Shown here one piece after another: positions 1-10,350 of a stretch of 64,000 nucleotides of DNA. Source of the DNA: Candidatus Zixiibacteriota bacterium (GTDB lineage: Bacteria > Zixibacteria > MSB-5A5 > GN15 > JAAZOE01); assembly GCA_036480375.1 (NCBI GenBank), contig JAZGGI010000016.1, forward strand, positions 156,806-220,805, in the 5' to 3' direction. How positions within the stretch are numbered: the stretch's first letter is position 1; each line of letters starts with the position of its first letter. A program made the translations under genes and the position numbers. The notes under the pieces are model-generated. The model did not search any database. It was not told where the DNA came from and saw only the letters and a list, made by a program, of their open reading frames with translations.

Positions 1-47
1 TTGTGTTGCTCAATAATTTCTTTCCTTTTTTCATTGCTTGTTAGCAC
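1..47 (-). CDS. rpsO: 30S ribosomal protein S15, N-terminal fragment running off the window edge
   Basis: The minus-strand frame is open to position 1. A GAGGAG SD lies at 54-59 and a GTG start at 45-47. The translation (M)LTSNEKRKEIIEQH looks like an S15 N-terminus, and truB-ribF-rpsO synteny supports it. Confidence 0.55.
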   Translation of the reverse strand, partial: MLTSNEKRKEIIEQH

Positions 48-61
48 AACTACTCTCCTCT

Positions 62-994
62 TTAATGTAACAATCTTTCGATTTTCTCTTTGTCATCGGC
101 AATCTGATGCGATAAGGCTTCGACCGATTCAAAACGCCTACTGGATCTCAGGAAATGCGAAGGATATAAAGTAACCTGTTTTCCATAAACGTCCTTATTG
201 AAATCAAATAGATGAGCTTCTACCGAAACTCTCTTCTCAGGATTCAGCATATTTACTCCGATAAACATCATCCCTTTGTAAGTATGCTCATCTAAAGTGG
301 CCAGACATGAATAGACGCCTTGAGGAGGGAGCATCTTCCTTTCAGACCAGTCAATATTCATGGTCGGCCAACCCAACTGCTTCCCCTTTCCCAGTCCCTT
401 AACTACGGTACCGTAAATCGGGTAATGATGTCCCAGCATGGCTATCGCGTCACGCCATTCGCCACTTTGAATCGCTCGTCTTATGCGGCTTGAGGATATA
501 GGCAAATCCCTATAAGTTACCGGGCCGACAACATTAACATCAAAATTCTCTCGCCGACCCATTTCCCTCAAATGATCTATATTTCCGGAGCGGTCGCGAC
601 CAAAACTATGATTATATCCAACGACAAGTGATTTTATACCGAATCTTTCTATTAAAACATTTTTCGCGAATTCCTCCGCCGTCATACGTCTAAGTTTGTC
701 ATTAAAAGTCAAAAAGACCAGAGATCCGTCTAAACGGCTTTTTAATATTTCAATTTTCTCATCGGGGACGGTTAAAAGCTGGGGCGGGTTATCAGGGGTC
801 ACCAAAACGCGCGGATGAGGATGAAATGTAATTACCACCGCCGGCAGATTCATATCCTGACTTACTTTGATTAATCGACTGAAGATAGAAGCATGCCCTT
901 TATGGAAACCATCAAACGTCCCCAGTGTAGCAACGCAGGGGCCGCCGCTTTTTTTGGCATATTCATCCGCCGATGTAAAGACCTTAAGACTCAA
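62..994 (-). CDS. ribF: Bifunctional riboflavin kinase / FMN adenylyltransferase
   Basis: 310 aa. The N-terminus carries the GTFDGFHKGH nucleotidyltransferase motif and the C-terminal half looks like riboflavin kinase. It overlaps truB by 4 nt. Confidence 0.9.
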   Translation of the reverse strand: MSLKVFTSADEYAKKSGGPCVATLGTFDGFHKGHASIFSRLIKVSQDMNLPAVVITFHPHPRVLVTPDNPPQLLTVPDEKIEILKSRLDGSLVFLTFNDKLRRMTAEEFAKNVLIERFGIKSLVVGYNHSFGRDRSGNIDHLREMGRRENFDVNVVGPVTYRDLPISSSRIRRAIQSGEWRDAIAMLGHHYPIYGTVVKGLGKGKQLGWPTMNIDWSERKMLPPQGVYSCLATLDEHTYKGMMFIGVNMLNPEKRVSVEAHLFDFNKDVYGKQVTLYPSHFLRSSRRFESVEALSHQIADDKEKIERLLH

Positions 995-1923
995 ATCAAA
1001 ACCCTTACGAAAGAAAAATAATCATTATCTAAATTACTTTTCAGGGAAGCGGCACTGCACTTCGACTTACCGATCGCCAGAATATTCCCGTTCTGACTTG
1101 CCATCGCGACTAAATTACCGGGTAAAAATTCCCGATTCCAATTCAGTATTTCTTTTCTTTCAGGTACGCCCCCATGTTTTATAGATTTTTCCGCCTCCAA
1201 AGAAACGCTCAAAATTGGAAATTCTATTACATCGCGCATCGGGATGATATGTTTTGCCAGTTTCCCATTATTGTATAACTCCGATACCGATTCCAGAGTC
1301 AGGGCCGAATCGATTTCCAACGAACCAGCCCTAAGTCTTTTTAATCCCGACAAATACGCACCGCACCCGATGTTATTTCCCAAGTCGTTGGCCAGTACGC
1401 GAATGTATGTTCCCTTACCGCAATCCACTCTTATAGTTAATTTGTGGCGATCATAAGATAACAAATCAATTGAATGAATTTCGATCTCGCGATTCGGCGT
1501 TTCCACCTTGATGCCCCGTCGAGCATATTTGTATAGTTCTTTGCCTTTAACTTTGACCGCGGAAAATGAAGGAACTTTCTGGATAATCTTCCCGATAAAA
1601 GCGCTTAAATAACCTTTAATATCATCTTTCGAAAGCTCGGGAATTTCCCGATTATCCGAAATATGACCCTCAGAATCGAAAGTATCTGATCTCGCTCCCA
1701 GTGTTATCTCGGCCTGATAAGATTTATCCCAATCCGTAAAGAATTGCGTCAATTTCGTGGCTCTTCCCAGGGTAATCGGCAATAATCCCGAGGCTAATGG
1801 ATCGAGCGTACCGGTATGCCCTATCTTCTGGCGATTAAGAATGCTACGAAGTCGATAGATAACATCATGACTTGTCGGACCTGAGTCTTTATATATAGGC
1901 AACAAGCCGTCAAATCGTTCCAT
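991..1923 (-). CDS. truB: tRNA pseudouridine-55 synthase
   Basis: 310 aa with the GHTGTLDPLASG catalytic Asp motif. It ends in TGA (991-993). Operon context supports the call. Confidence 0.9.
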   Translation of the reverse strand: MERFDGLLPIYKDSGPTSHDVIYRLRSILNRQKIGHTGTLDPLASGLLPITLGRATKLTQFFTDWDKSYQAEITLGARSDTFDSEGHISDNREIPELSKDDIKGYLSAFIGKIIQKVPSFSAVKVKGKELYKYARRGIKVETPNREIEIHSIDLLSYDRHKLTIRVDCGKGTYIRVLANDLGNNIGCGAYLSGLKRLRAGSLEIDSALTLESVSELYNNGKLAKHIIPMRDVIEFPILSVSLEAEKSIKHGGVPERKEILNWNREFLPGNLVAMASQNGNILAIGKSKCSAASLKSNLDNDYFSFVRVLI

Positions 1924-3274
1924 TTAGCAATTCCTTAATATCGGCTAAAATCATTTTTTTGGCTTCATCCAAGGATGTCTCAAGAGTGCAACCACAGGCA
2001 ATGCGATGGCCCCCACCGCCGTATTTGGCCGCTACTTTTATAATATCTATACCATTGGCCGAACGAAATGAGGCCTTAGTAACGTTTGCTGATATTTCCC
2101 GAAATAACACTCCGATAACAACCCCGGCCAGGCTAATGGAATAATTTATCAATCCCTCGGTGTCTTTTTTGGCAGAGCCGGTTTGCTCGAGCAAATCATC
2201 AGTGACCGTCATATAGCATACTTTGCCGTCGAGGTGATATTCCTGATTCAAAAGAGAAGTTCCCAACAACCGCATCGCTCCCGGTGTATAATTGTGATAC
2301 AACTCATTTATGATTTCAATATAGTCAATGCCTTTATCCATTAAGACCGCGGCAATTCTCAGACTGCGGGAGGTCGTGCAGCTATACTGAAATTGACCAG
2401 TATCGGTTACGATGGCGGTATATAAATTGGTTGCGATATTGGAATCGATTTCAGCCGACGCATAAAGAAGAATATCATAAATCATTTCTCCTGCGGCGGA
2501 GGCTTCATTATCGACAAAATTGATATGGCCGAATGAACTATTATCCCGATGATGATCGATATTTATAATTTTCTGATTTTCAGGATCTATTAGCGAGGCT
2601 ACCTTGCCGCAACGATCACCAGTGGAGCATTCAATAAACACAACCGTATCAAATGAATCATCACCTCCGTTAAGGTTCTCAATATTCTCAATTTGATCGA
2701 TCCCGGGCAAAAACTCATAGTTGAATGGAATAGTACCCTCATTGATAATCCGGCATTTAATATTCTTTTGATCTAAATACCCCGCAAAGCCCAGTTGTGA
2801 TCCAATGGAATCCCCGTCCGGATTGATATGCCCCACGATCAGAACCTTTTCCGAATTATTCAGCGTATCAATTATTTGACTAATCGTTTCCGGATCGTGA
2901 ATTTCTTGTTTGTTACCGCCTATAATGTCTTTTTCAATAACTTGATCAATCTTTGTCGTTAATCGAATTCCTTCGATCAGAGAGGTATCATACTTAAAAG
3001 AGATTTCGGGTATACGTCGGATTCTTAAACGATGAGCCAGTTCTCTCTGGACATAACCCGTTGACCGGTCGAAGACGTCTTTTATTTCATCCAGTTTCTT
3101 CTCACCGCCGAGAACGGTATAATATATTTTAGCATGCCGCAAATCGTCAGAAACATTAACGGCGCTGATAGTTACCATCGCGTCAACTTTATCACGAAGC
3201 ATGGCGCTGACGATATCCGAGACATCTCGTTGGATTTGATCAGCAACACGACTTGAACGCTTAAATGATTTCAT
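1910..3274 (-). CDS. rbfA: Fusion protein: ribosome-binding factor A (about aa 1-116) plus a DHH/DHHA1 phosphoesterase (NrnA-like nanoRNase/pAp phosphatase)
   Basis: This is one uninterrupted 454-aa frame. The N-terminus reads KRSSRVADQIQRDVSDIV...AKIYYTV...IPEISFKYD, which is RbfA-like. It is followed by GHINPDGDSIGS, IDHHRDN and GGGH(R), the DHH and DHHA1 motifs. Confidence 0.8.
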   Translation of the reverse strand: MKSFKRSSRVADQIQRDVSDIVSAMLRDKVDAMVTISAVNVSDDLRHAKIYYTVLGGEKKLDEIKDVFDRSTGYVQRELAHRLRIRRIPEISFKYDTSLIEGIRLTTKIDQVIEKDIIGGNKQEIHDPETISQIIDTLNNSEKVLIVGHINPDGDSIGSQLGFAGYLDQKNIKCRIINEGTIPFNYEFLPGIDQIENIENLNGGDDSFDTVVFIECSTGDRCGKVASLIDPENQKIINIDHHRDNSSFGHINFVDNEASAAGEMIYDILLYASAEIDSNIATNLYTAIVTDTGQFQYSCTTSRSLRIAAVLMDKGIDYIEIINELYHNYTPGAMRLLGTSLLNQEYHLDGKVCYMTVTDDLLEQTGSAKKDTEGLINYSISLAGVVIGVLFREISANVTKASFRSANGIDIIKVAAKYGGGGHRIACGCTLETSLDEAKKMILADIKELLNGTI

Positions 3275-3555
3275 TACAGCAACTCGATTTCATAGTCAAC
3301 AATATAGGATTCGCTCTCTCGTTCAATCATATTAACGATTGCCGACAAACACTGATTGGCGTGACCGCTATCATTGGATACCACGGCGGTTCCCAGAAGA
3401 CAAGATTGATGCCTCTCATTTTCACCCACTTCAGCTACGGACGCGTTATGCCGATTGTGTATTCGAGTAATCAGGGATTTAATTACTCGCCGCTTATCTT
3501 TAAGCGAGCGGGCCGCAGGAATATTCAGCATTACTTTCAAACAACCAATAATCAC
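3274..3555 (-). CDS. DUF503 (YlxP-like) small protein
   Basis: 93 aa with an SLKDKRRVIKSL motif. It occupies the classic position between infB and rbfA. Confidence 0.7.
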   Translation of the reverse strand: MIIGCLKVMLNIPAARSLKDKRRVIKSLITRIHNRHNASVAEVGENERHQSCLLGTAVVSNDSGHANQCLSAIVNMIERESESYIVDYEIELL

Positions 3556-3557
3556 AT

Positions 3558-6155
3558 CTATAATGTCCGCGATGTTTCGACCATTTCGTAAGTTTCGATA
3601 TGATCGCCCACCTGGACATCCTCAAATTTTTCAATTCCAATTCCGCATTCAAGCCCGGCCACGACTTCTTTCACGTCTTCTTTAAACCTCTTGAGAGAAG
3701 AAATAGTTCCTTCATGAATAACAACACCATCACGACTCACACGTATTTTATCTCCCCGGGTCATTTTGCCCTGTTGAATGTGGGAACCGCATATTAAGCC
3801 AACTTTTGGAATTTTGAAAGGCTGACGCACTTCGGCAGTACCTTTCCATTTCTCAACCAGTTCAGGTTTAAGCAATCCCTCAATTGCTTTTGTAATATCC
3901 TCTTTAACTTCATAAATAACTGAATAGGTGCGGATATCAACTTTTTCGCGGTTGGCCGTTTCACGAGCACGAGGATCGGCTGTAATATGAAAACCGACGA
4001 CAATGGCATCAGAAGCAGACGCTAACAATACATCGGATTCACTAATAGCTCCAACACCAGAGCGGATAATATTGACCCGTACTTCTTCATTGCCAATTCC
4101 GGTAAGAGTTTCAGTCAAGGCTTCAACAGAACCGGCAACATCACCCTTAATTACTATTTTCAAGTCAGTAACCTGACCATCTTTGATTTTCTCATAAATT
4201 GATTCAAGGGTAGTCGGGGTACCGACGCGGCGTAATTCATACTCGCGTTTAATTTGTTGTCTCTTTTGAGCTACGTCTCGGGCTTCTGATTCAGAAGATG
4301 TTACAATAAACGAATCACCCGCTTGAGGTACGCCTGATATTCCGGTAATAATTGTTGGGGTTGATGGCCCTGCTTTTTCAACCTTATTGCCTCGATCATC
4401 AGCCATGGCTCTAACGCGGCCAAAATAGCTTCCGGAGACGAAAGGCCTTCCAACCTCCAATGTGCCCTTTTGAATAAGAACAGTGGCGACAGTGCCTCGC
4501 CCCTTTTCCAATTGGGCTTCAATTACAGTTCCCTGAGCTTTAATGTTTGGGTCGGCCTTAAGCTCAAGCATTTCAACCTGTAGTAGGATCATTTCCAGTA
4601 GTTTATCTACGCCTTCACCGGTTTTGGCCGACAACTCTACCATTATGGTTTTGCCGCCCCATGATTCATCAAGAAGATTATGATTCGTTAATTGTTGGCG
4701 AACGGAATCGGGGTTAGCGTCTGGTAAATCCATTTTATTTATCGCCACCATGATAGGCACTTTGGCGGCTTTGGCGTGGTCGATGGCTTCCACCGTTTGG
4801 GGCATGACCGCCTCGGTTGAAGAAATGACAAGAATGACAACATCTGTGACTTGAGCGCCGCGGGCACGCATGGCCGAAAATGCTTCATGGCCGGGAGTAT
4901 CAAGAAAAGTAATACGGCCCCCACGGGTTTGCACGCTGTAGGCACCGATATGTTGAGTGATTTTGCCCGCTTCACCTGAAACAATATCGGATTCTCTGAT
5001 ATAATCCAGAAGGGTAGTTTTTCCATGATCGACATGGCCCATAATGGTTACGACCGGAGCGCGGGATTCGAGTTGAGTTTCCTCCTCTTCTTCAATAGTA
5101 ACGTTCACAACTTCTTCAATTTGCCTGACATCAAGCTCGAATTCAATAGCCAGCATTTCGATGGTATCCATGTCAAGACGTTGGTTTATCGATGCGAGCA
5201 TCCCCATTTCCATGCATTTGGCAACCAGTTCGGCTGGCTTTTTGCCAAAAGCCCTGGCTAATTCCGAGAGAGTCATAAATTCAGTGACTTCAATCGCCGT
5301 AATTCCATAATCATCATCCGTAATCTGGCTTCGTTTCTTATGCTTCTTGATTTTTTTCCCCGAATCCATGGTTGCCATTGTCTGTTTAAATGACAATTTA
5401 ACGGCAGTAGTATCGACTTTATGCTCATTCTTTTTCTTAGATCTATCTCGTTTTCTTCGCTTTTTCGGAGGCCGGCCGGCTCCAATTCGTTGATCAAGCT
5501 TTTTCTGCAATTTCTTGGCGGCACCGGGCGTTGAAGTAATCGTCTGACGAGATATTTCCGTTTTTTCTTTTTTGGCTTTTGGCTTTTCAGCCTTAGCGGG
5601 CTCAGCGGCCTTGGCTGGTCCAGTCTTTGGTTTTTCCAGAACCTTTTTGGCAAATCTTCTTGGTTTTTGCTCGGCTACAACTCTCTTTGAGACGGCCTTT
5701 TTGGGCTTTCTGGCTTTGGCTTCAGCGATTTCTTCATCTTTTGCCTTTTTCGCGGCCATTTTTTTGGGCTTCTGATCCTCCAATTCCGCGGTCTTTTGGG
5801 ATTTCTCAAGTTCTCTGGCGGCCAATTTTCTTGCTTTCCTTTCCGCCAGTGATTTTTTCTTTTTGGCCTGAGCAGCAGCTTTTTTTCTAAGGGCGAGTTT
5901 CTTGGCTTCTTCTCGGCGCTTTTTGGATTTCAATTCCTGTAGCTTTTGCTTGCGGGCTTCATCATCTTTTTTGACTTCCGCTATTTCGCGTTTGAACTTA
6001 TTGTCAATAGCTTCGAGCATATCACTCGACGCAATCGACATGTGAGATTTGATAGTAAATCCAAGCCCGCGTAGAACTTTTAGCAAGGCATCACTCGAAA
6101 TTTTATATTCCTTAGCGATATCGTAAATTCGTTTTCTGGACTTATTGTCAGCCAA
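3558..6155 (-). CDS. infB: Translation initiation factor IF-2
   Basis: It has the [13 protein letters not shown]-domain and a Lys/Ala/Glu-rich N-terminal linker. I place the start at TTG 6153-6155, 5 nt after the GGAGGA SD (6161-6166), rather than at the ORF-track start 6185. Confidence 0.93.
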   Translation of the reverse strand: MADNKSRKRIYDIAKEYKISSDALLKVLRGLGFTIKSHMSIASSDMLEAIDNKFKREIAEVKKDDEARKQKLQELKSKKRREEAKKLALRKKAAAQAKKKKSLAERKARKLAARELEKSQKTAELEDQKPKKMAAKKAKDEEIAEAKARKPKKAVSKRVVAEQKPRRFAKKVLEKPKTGPAKAAEPAKAEKPKAKKEKTEISRQTITSTPGAAKKLQKKLDQRIGAGRPPKKRRKRDRSKKKNEHKVDTTAVKLSFKQTMATMDSGKKIKKHKKRSQITDDDYGITAIEVTEFMTLSELARAFGKKPAELVAKCMEMGMLASINQRLDMDTIEMLAIEFELDVRQIEEVVNVTIEEEEETQLESRAPVVTIMGHVDHGKTTLLDYIRESDIVSGEAGKITQHIGAYSVQTRGGRITFLDTPGHEAFSAMRARGAQVTDVVILVISSTEAVMPQTVEAIDHAKAAKVPIMVAINKMDLPDANPDSVRQQLTNHNLLDESWGGKTIMVELSAKTGEGVDKLLEMILLQVEMLELKADPNIKAQGTVIEAQLEKGRGTVATVLIQKGTLEVGRPFVSGSYFGRVRAMADDRGNKVEKAGPSTPTIITGISGVPQAGDSFIVTSSESEARDVAQKRQQIKREYELRRVGTPTTLESIYEKIKDGQVTDLKIVIKGDVAGSVEALTETLTGIGNEEVRVNIIRSGVGAISESDVLLASASDAIVVGFHITADPRARETANREKVDIRTYSVIYEVKEDITKAIEGLLKPELVEKWKGTAEVRQPFKIPKVGLICGSHIQQGKMTRGDKIRVSRDGVVIHEGTISSLKRFKEDVKEVVAGLECGIGIEKFEDVQVGDHIETYEMVETSRTL

Positions 6156-6215
6156 GGTAATCCTCCGGTTATAAACCGCCCTCAAATAACTTTATTTTCT
6201 TCCCTGAACAATCTC

Positions 6216-7631
6216 TTATTCATCTTTTTCCGGTGTCTCAGATTCATTGTCATTATCGTCATTTTCGTCTTCTTCATCTTCGGCATCATCCACAAATTCA
6301 AGTTCAGTAATTTTTGAGGATGAATCTGCGTCAAGTTTTTCCTGCGCCTGAGTTTCGACCTTTTGTGCTCTAATTAGTTCTTCATGTTCGGTCATAAATT
6401 CAATTGCGCGTTCAATTAATCTCTTCGCCGTTTTTTCTCCGATACCCTCTATTTTGACAATATCTTCGAGTTCACTATCAGCCAAATCTTTGACGGTATT
6501 GATATCCGCGTCAACCAATCGTTCTTCGAGGACGTCACCGACGCCACTCAATCGCCCAATCGGAACCATCAATTCTGCTTCCTCGTGTTTCATCTCATTA
6601 TAATCGGTTTCTGACATGATATTGATTTTCCAGCCTGTCAGACGTGAGGCGAGGCGAGCGTTTTGACCGTTTTTCCCGATAGCGAGCGACAATTTGTCAT
6701 CTTCTACCGCGACGGTCATTCCCACTTCCTCATCATAAACATCGATAGTAACAACTTTGGCAGGGGCCAGGGCGCGTGAGACAAAAACTTCCGAATTAGA
6801 ACTGTAAGCAACGATATCTATTCGTTCATTGTTTAATTCGCGAACGATGGATTGAACTCTCACCCCTTTAATGCCGACACATGCTCCGACGGGATCAATC
6901 CGTTCATCACCCGAATAAACCGCCAGTTTCGTGCGGTCACCCGGCTCACGAGCGATGGAGCGGATTTCAATAATTTTTTCATATATTTCCGGCACCTCTA
7001 ACTCAAATAAACGTAAGATGAAATCGGTGCTGACGCGCGATAAAATGATTTGCGGTCCCTTCATCGATTTTTGCACATCAAGGATGATGGCGCGGATGCG
7101 GTCGCCCTGGCGGTATTTTTCTCGAGAGATCTGTTCACGGACCGGTAGAATAGATTCGGCCCGACCAAGATTTACGATGACATTTCCTTTATCGATTTGC
7201 TGCACCGTTCCCGAGATAAGCTGTCCCACGCGGTTGATATATTCGTCGTAAATGCGATCGCGTTCCGCTTCCCGGATTCTCTGAATCAGGATTTGTTTGG
7301 CCGAAGCAATCGCGTTTCTTCCAAATTCCTCAACCGGATCAATATAGATTTCCATGAAATCATCCAGTTCGGCATCCGTATCCAATTCGCGAGCTTCCTC
7401 AATAGAAATTTCGGTATAAGGATCTTTAACTTTCTCTACAACGATTCGCAAAGAAATCATAGTCAGCTCTCCCTCCTTATGGTCGAAATTGAAGGAGAGA
7501 TTATCGATAAATCCATATTTTTTTCGCGCCGCAGCGAGTAACCCGGCCTCGACCGTCTCAATCACCAAATCCATATCGATGTTCTTATCTCGCGCGATAA
7601 GCGTCATTGCTTCCAGTGTATCAAATCCCAT
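6216..7631 (-). CDS. nusA: Transcription termination/antitermination factor NusA
   Basis: 471 aa with the S1/KH architecture readable (GDRIRAIILDV, VGACVGIKGVRVQ, LAIGKNGQNARLA) and an acidic C-terminal tail. Confidence 0.92.
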   Translation of the reverse strand: MGFDTLEAMTLIARDKNIDMDLVIETVEAGLLAAARKKYGFIDNLSFNFDHKEGELTMISLRIVVEKVKDPYTEISIEEARELDTDAELDDFMEIYIDPVEEFGRNAIASAKQILIQRIREAERDRIYDEYINRVGQLISGTVQQIDKGNVIVNLGRAESILPVREQISREKYRQGDRIRAIILDVQKSMKGPQIILSRVSTDFILRLFELEVPEIYEKIIEIRSIAREPGDRTKLAVYSGDERIDPVGACVGIKGVRVQSIVRELNNERIDIVAYSSNSEVFVSRALAPAKVVTIDVYDEEVGMTVAVEDDKLSLAIGKNGQNARLASRLTGWKINIMSETDYNEMKHEEAELMVPIGRLSGVGDVLEERLVDADINTVKDLADSELEDIVKIEGIGEKTAKRLIERAIEFMTEHEELIRAQKVETQAQEKLDADSSSKITELEFVDDAEDEEDENDDNDNESETPEKDE

Positions 7632-7644
7632 CAGAATTACTCCA

Positions 7645-8094
7645 CTAAATTACTACCTTACCCTGCCGAATATCAGACAGGGCTATTTTAAATTCGCCGT
7701 CTTCACCGTTAATTAGAATTGTCGTCGTATCCACATCAGTCAGCGAACCGCGAATTCTTTTCTTCTTGCCGCCTTCGGTGTATTCCACTTTTATGTTCTT
7801 GCCGATTTTTCTTTCAAAATCACGCTGAGTGTGAAGATGTCGATCCAGTCCCGGCGAAGAAACCTCAAGGATATATTTGGAATCCAAAATATCTTCGACA
7901 TCCACAGCGGCACCGATAATTTTCGACAATTCAACGCATTTGTCAAGCGTCACGCCGTTATCGGAATCGACAAATATCTGCAGACGGAAATTGCTCTTGT
8001 ACCGGGAGAGTTTGATTTCCACTAATTCAAAACCTTCCGAGGCTAACAGAGGTTCCGCCAAATTCTCGATATCTGTTTTTAGATCACTAATCAA
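7645..8094 (-). CDS. rimP: Ribosome maturation factor RimP
   Basis: 149 aa with an LEVSSPGLDR motif, immediately upstream of nusA. Confidence 0.88.
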   Translation of the reverse strand: MISDLKTDIENLAEPLLASEGFELVEIKLSRYKSNFRLQIFVDSDNGVTLDKCVELSKIIGAAVDVEDILDSKYILEVSSPGLDRHLHTQRDFERKIGKNIKVEYTEGGKKKRIRGSLTDVDTTTILINGEDGEFKIALSDIRQGKVVI

Positions 8095-8170
8095 CTTAAT
8101 ACCTCATCGCCTACTACCGACACCATTCTGTTAAACTCAAATAATTGAGTCGGCTTTTGGCGCATAACAA

Positions 8171-8189
8171 AACCGGGCTTTCTCCGGTT
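8171..8189 (-). terminator. Weak hairpin downstream of proS (AACCGG/CCGGTT) followed by a U-rich run
   Basis: A 6-bp stem at 8171-8176 / 8184-8189. On the minus strand it is followed by TTGTTAT. Confidence 0.3.
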
Positions 8190-8264
8190 GACTCCAGAAA
8201 ACTCCCAGAATACACTAAAGCTTAACAGTATAATAAATTAGACAGGGAAAGCAATAAAAAAATG

Positions 8265-9983
8265 TTAAATTGCGCGATCCAAAAATTCGGCAGTTTTTTG
8301 AACTATTTCGCCTATTTGGACCAGTTCCACATCGGTTTCATTTCTAAGTTTTAGCTCGACTTTGCCCTTAGCCAGGGATTTGTTTCCCAATGCTATTCGG
8401 AGCGGAATACCTATTAAATCCGCGTCATTGAACTTGACGCCGGCCCGTTCGGCCCGATCATCTAAAATAACCTCATAACCTGCTTCGATTAGCTGGGAAT
8501 AGATTCTTTCGGCTATTTCGATCTGTTCTTGATTTGTCATATTAAGCGGGCAAATTATCACTTGATATGGCGCAATCGCTTTGGGCCAGATTATCCCTTT
8601 ATCGTCATGGTATTTTTCAATCGCTGCCTGCGCCGTTCGAGTAATTCCAATTCCGTAAGAACCCATAAAATAAGGCTTCTCGTTACCTCCGGTATCGAGG
8701 TATTTGCCTCCCAGGCTATCGGAATATTTGGTTCCGAGCGAAAATGTGTTGCCGACTTCAATTCCTCGATATTTCTCAAGCCGCCCTTTATTGCAGCGGG
8801 GGCACCCTTCCCCAGTTTCGGCATTGATAAGGTCAACTATCGCCGCGGCTTTGAAATCCCGGTCCGAATTGACGTTCAGAATATGCGTGTCCTTTTTGTT
8901 GGCCCCGGTTACGAAATTAGTCATCGCCTCGACTTCAGGATCGGCTATAATGGGAATTGTGAGACTTATCGGGCCGGCGAAACCTACCGGCGCTTTTGTA
9001 ATTTCTTCGACCGTTTCCGGACCGGCCATTTCGAGTTTCAGACAGCCGAAGTAGTTATTTAATTTAAGTTCATTGATTTGCCGGTCGCCCCGAATCATCG
9101 CCGCCACCGGTTTTCCATCGGCCAGATATAATAAGGTTTTGGCAAAACGGTGAGCAGGCAATTTGAGAAACGCGGTAATCTCTTCGATAGTAGCGGCGTT
9201 TGGAGTGTCAACTTCTTCGATTGGTTTTTGTTCGTTATCCTGCTCGGGTGGGTTTAATTCTCTAAAAGTAGCTTTTTCGATATTGGCAGCATAATCGCAG
9301 GAATCGCAGGATAGAATAATCTCTTCTCCGCCGTCGGTTTCGACCAGGACCATAAATTCGTGAGCTCCGGTTCCGCCCATGGCTCCGGTATCTGATTCAA
9401 CCTTTTTGGCGGCAACACCGCAACGCTCAAAGACTTTAAAATAGGCGTCAACCATTTTTTGATAAGCGATTTTGTGTGCTTCCAAATCAACGTCAAAAGT
9501 ATAAGCGTCTTTCATTATAAATTCGCGCCCGCGCATCAATCCGAAACGGGGACGGATTTCGTCTCGAAACTTGGTTTGAATCTGATACATATTGAGAGGC
9601 ATCTGGCGATAGCTTTTTAATTCTCCGGAGACAAGATTGGTTATAACCTCTTCATGAGTCGGCCCGAGGACCATATCATGGTCATGGCGATCTTTGAGAC
9701 GGACCAATTCTTTACCGATGGTGTCCCAGCGACCGGATTTTTGCCATAATTCTGCCGGATGCAAAACAGGCATGAGAATTTCAATAGCCCCCGAGGCGTC
9801 CATCTCTTCTCGCACAATGGTTGAGATATTGTTCAGAACTCTTTGCATCAGAGGAAGATAATTATACACCCCTGCGGCCAGTCGGCGCATATATCCGGCC
9901 CTGAGAAGATATTGATGAGAAATTAATTCGGCCTCGGCGGGAACTTCCCGAAGAGTCGGTATGTATGTTTTACTCCAGCGCAT
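8265..9983 (-). CDS. proS: Prolyl-tRNA synthetase (bacterial type with editing insertion)
   Basis: 572 aa. The N-terminus is MRWSKTYIPTLREVPAEAE...HQYLLRAGY, and class II motifs are present. Confidence 0.93.
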   Translation of the reverse strand: MRWSKTYIPTLREVPAEAELISHQYLLRAGYMRRLAAGVYNYLPLMQRVLNNISTIVREEMDASGAIEILMPVLHPAELWQKSGRWDTIGKELVRLKDRHDHDMVLGPTHEEVITNLVSGELKSYRQMPLNMYQIQTKFRDEIRPRFGLMRGREFIMKDAYTFDVDLEAHKIAYQKMVDAYFKVFERCGVAAKKVESDTGAMGGTGAHEFMVLVETDGGEEIILSCDSCDYAANIEKATFRELNPPEQDNEQKPIEEVDTPNAATIEEITAFLKLPAHRFAKTLLYLADGKPVAAMIRGDRQINELKLNNYFGCLKLEMAGPETVEEITKAPVGFAGPISLTIPIIADPEVEAMTNFVTGANKKDTHILNVNSDRDFKAAAIVDLINAETGEGCPRCNKGRLEKYRGIEVGNTFSLGTKYSDSLGGKYLDTGGNEKPYFMGSYGIGITRTAQAAIEKYHDDKGIIWPKAIAPYQVIICPLNMTNQEQIEIAERIYSQLIEAGYEVILDDRAERAGVKFNDADLIGIPLRIALGNKSLAKGKVELKLRNETDVELVQIGEIVQKTAEFLDRAI

Positions 9984-10087
9984 AGTAATTGCCTCTCGTT
10001 ATTATTTATGCAATAGGAGAAAATAAGTTTTGAGCATCATTTGTCAATCTTTTAATTTGTCGATTGGCATCGCGATATTCAAAAGAG

Positions 10088-10116
10088 TTGACAAGGCGGA
10101 TTTTTCGACTTAGTTT
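10088..10116 (+). promoter_or_regulatory. Candidate sigma70 promoter for tRNA-Arg
   Basis: TTGACA (10088-10093), a 17-nt spacer, then TAGTTT (10111-10116), about 30 nt upstream of the tRNA. Confidence 0.35.
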
Positions 10117-10146
10117 ATCGATTCCAAAAGTAAATGTATCCAACTG

Positions 10147-10218
10147 CCCCCGTGGCGTAACGGATAGCGCGACAGCCTCCGGAGCTGTAAGTTCAGGTTC
10201 GATTCCTGACGGGGGTAT
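10147..10218 (+). tRNA. tRNA-Arg (anticodon CCG)
   Basis: I folded the cloverleaf by hand. The acceptor is GCCCCCG/CGGGGGT (G1-U72 wobble), the D stem GCGT/GCGC and the anticodon stem ACAGC/GCTGT with loop CTCCGGA. The variable region is 4 nt, the T arm is TCAGG-TTCGATT-CCTGA and the discriminator is A. No CCA is encoded. Confidence 0.85.
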
Positions 10219-10350
10219 TATTTTCCTCAAAAAAGTGCTTTTATAAAAATTAAACATTCTTATATTACTTATGCGAGCAACGGGGAATGTCTCCCACCTC
10301 ACAGCGCAATTACCGCCGGGAAAATGGGCAATTTACAGGAGGAAATTATT

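Noticed and set aside
5400-5980. Repetitive-looking A/G-rich DNA that might be a tandem repeat or array
   Set aside because: It encodes the Lys/Ala/Glu-rich N-terminal linker typical of IF-2. It has no regular period or spacer structure, so it is not a CRISPR array or a VNTR.
8529-9062. 177-aa plus-strand ORF, and similar long ORFs at 51492-51989, 60999-61457, 37622-37999 and 5273-5653
   Set aside because: They lie entirely antisense to, or out of frame within, well-supported conserved genes (proS, lexA, MFP, MATE, infB). They have low-complexity or odd composition and no SD, so they are shadow ORFs.
10066-10081. TGGCAT...TATTC as a possible sigma54 -24/-12 element upstream of the tRNA
   Set aside because: It lacks the TTGC -12 element at the right spacing, and a sigma70-like TTGACA-17-TAGTTT fits better.
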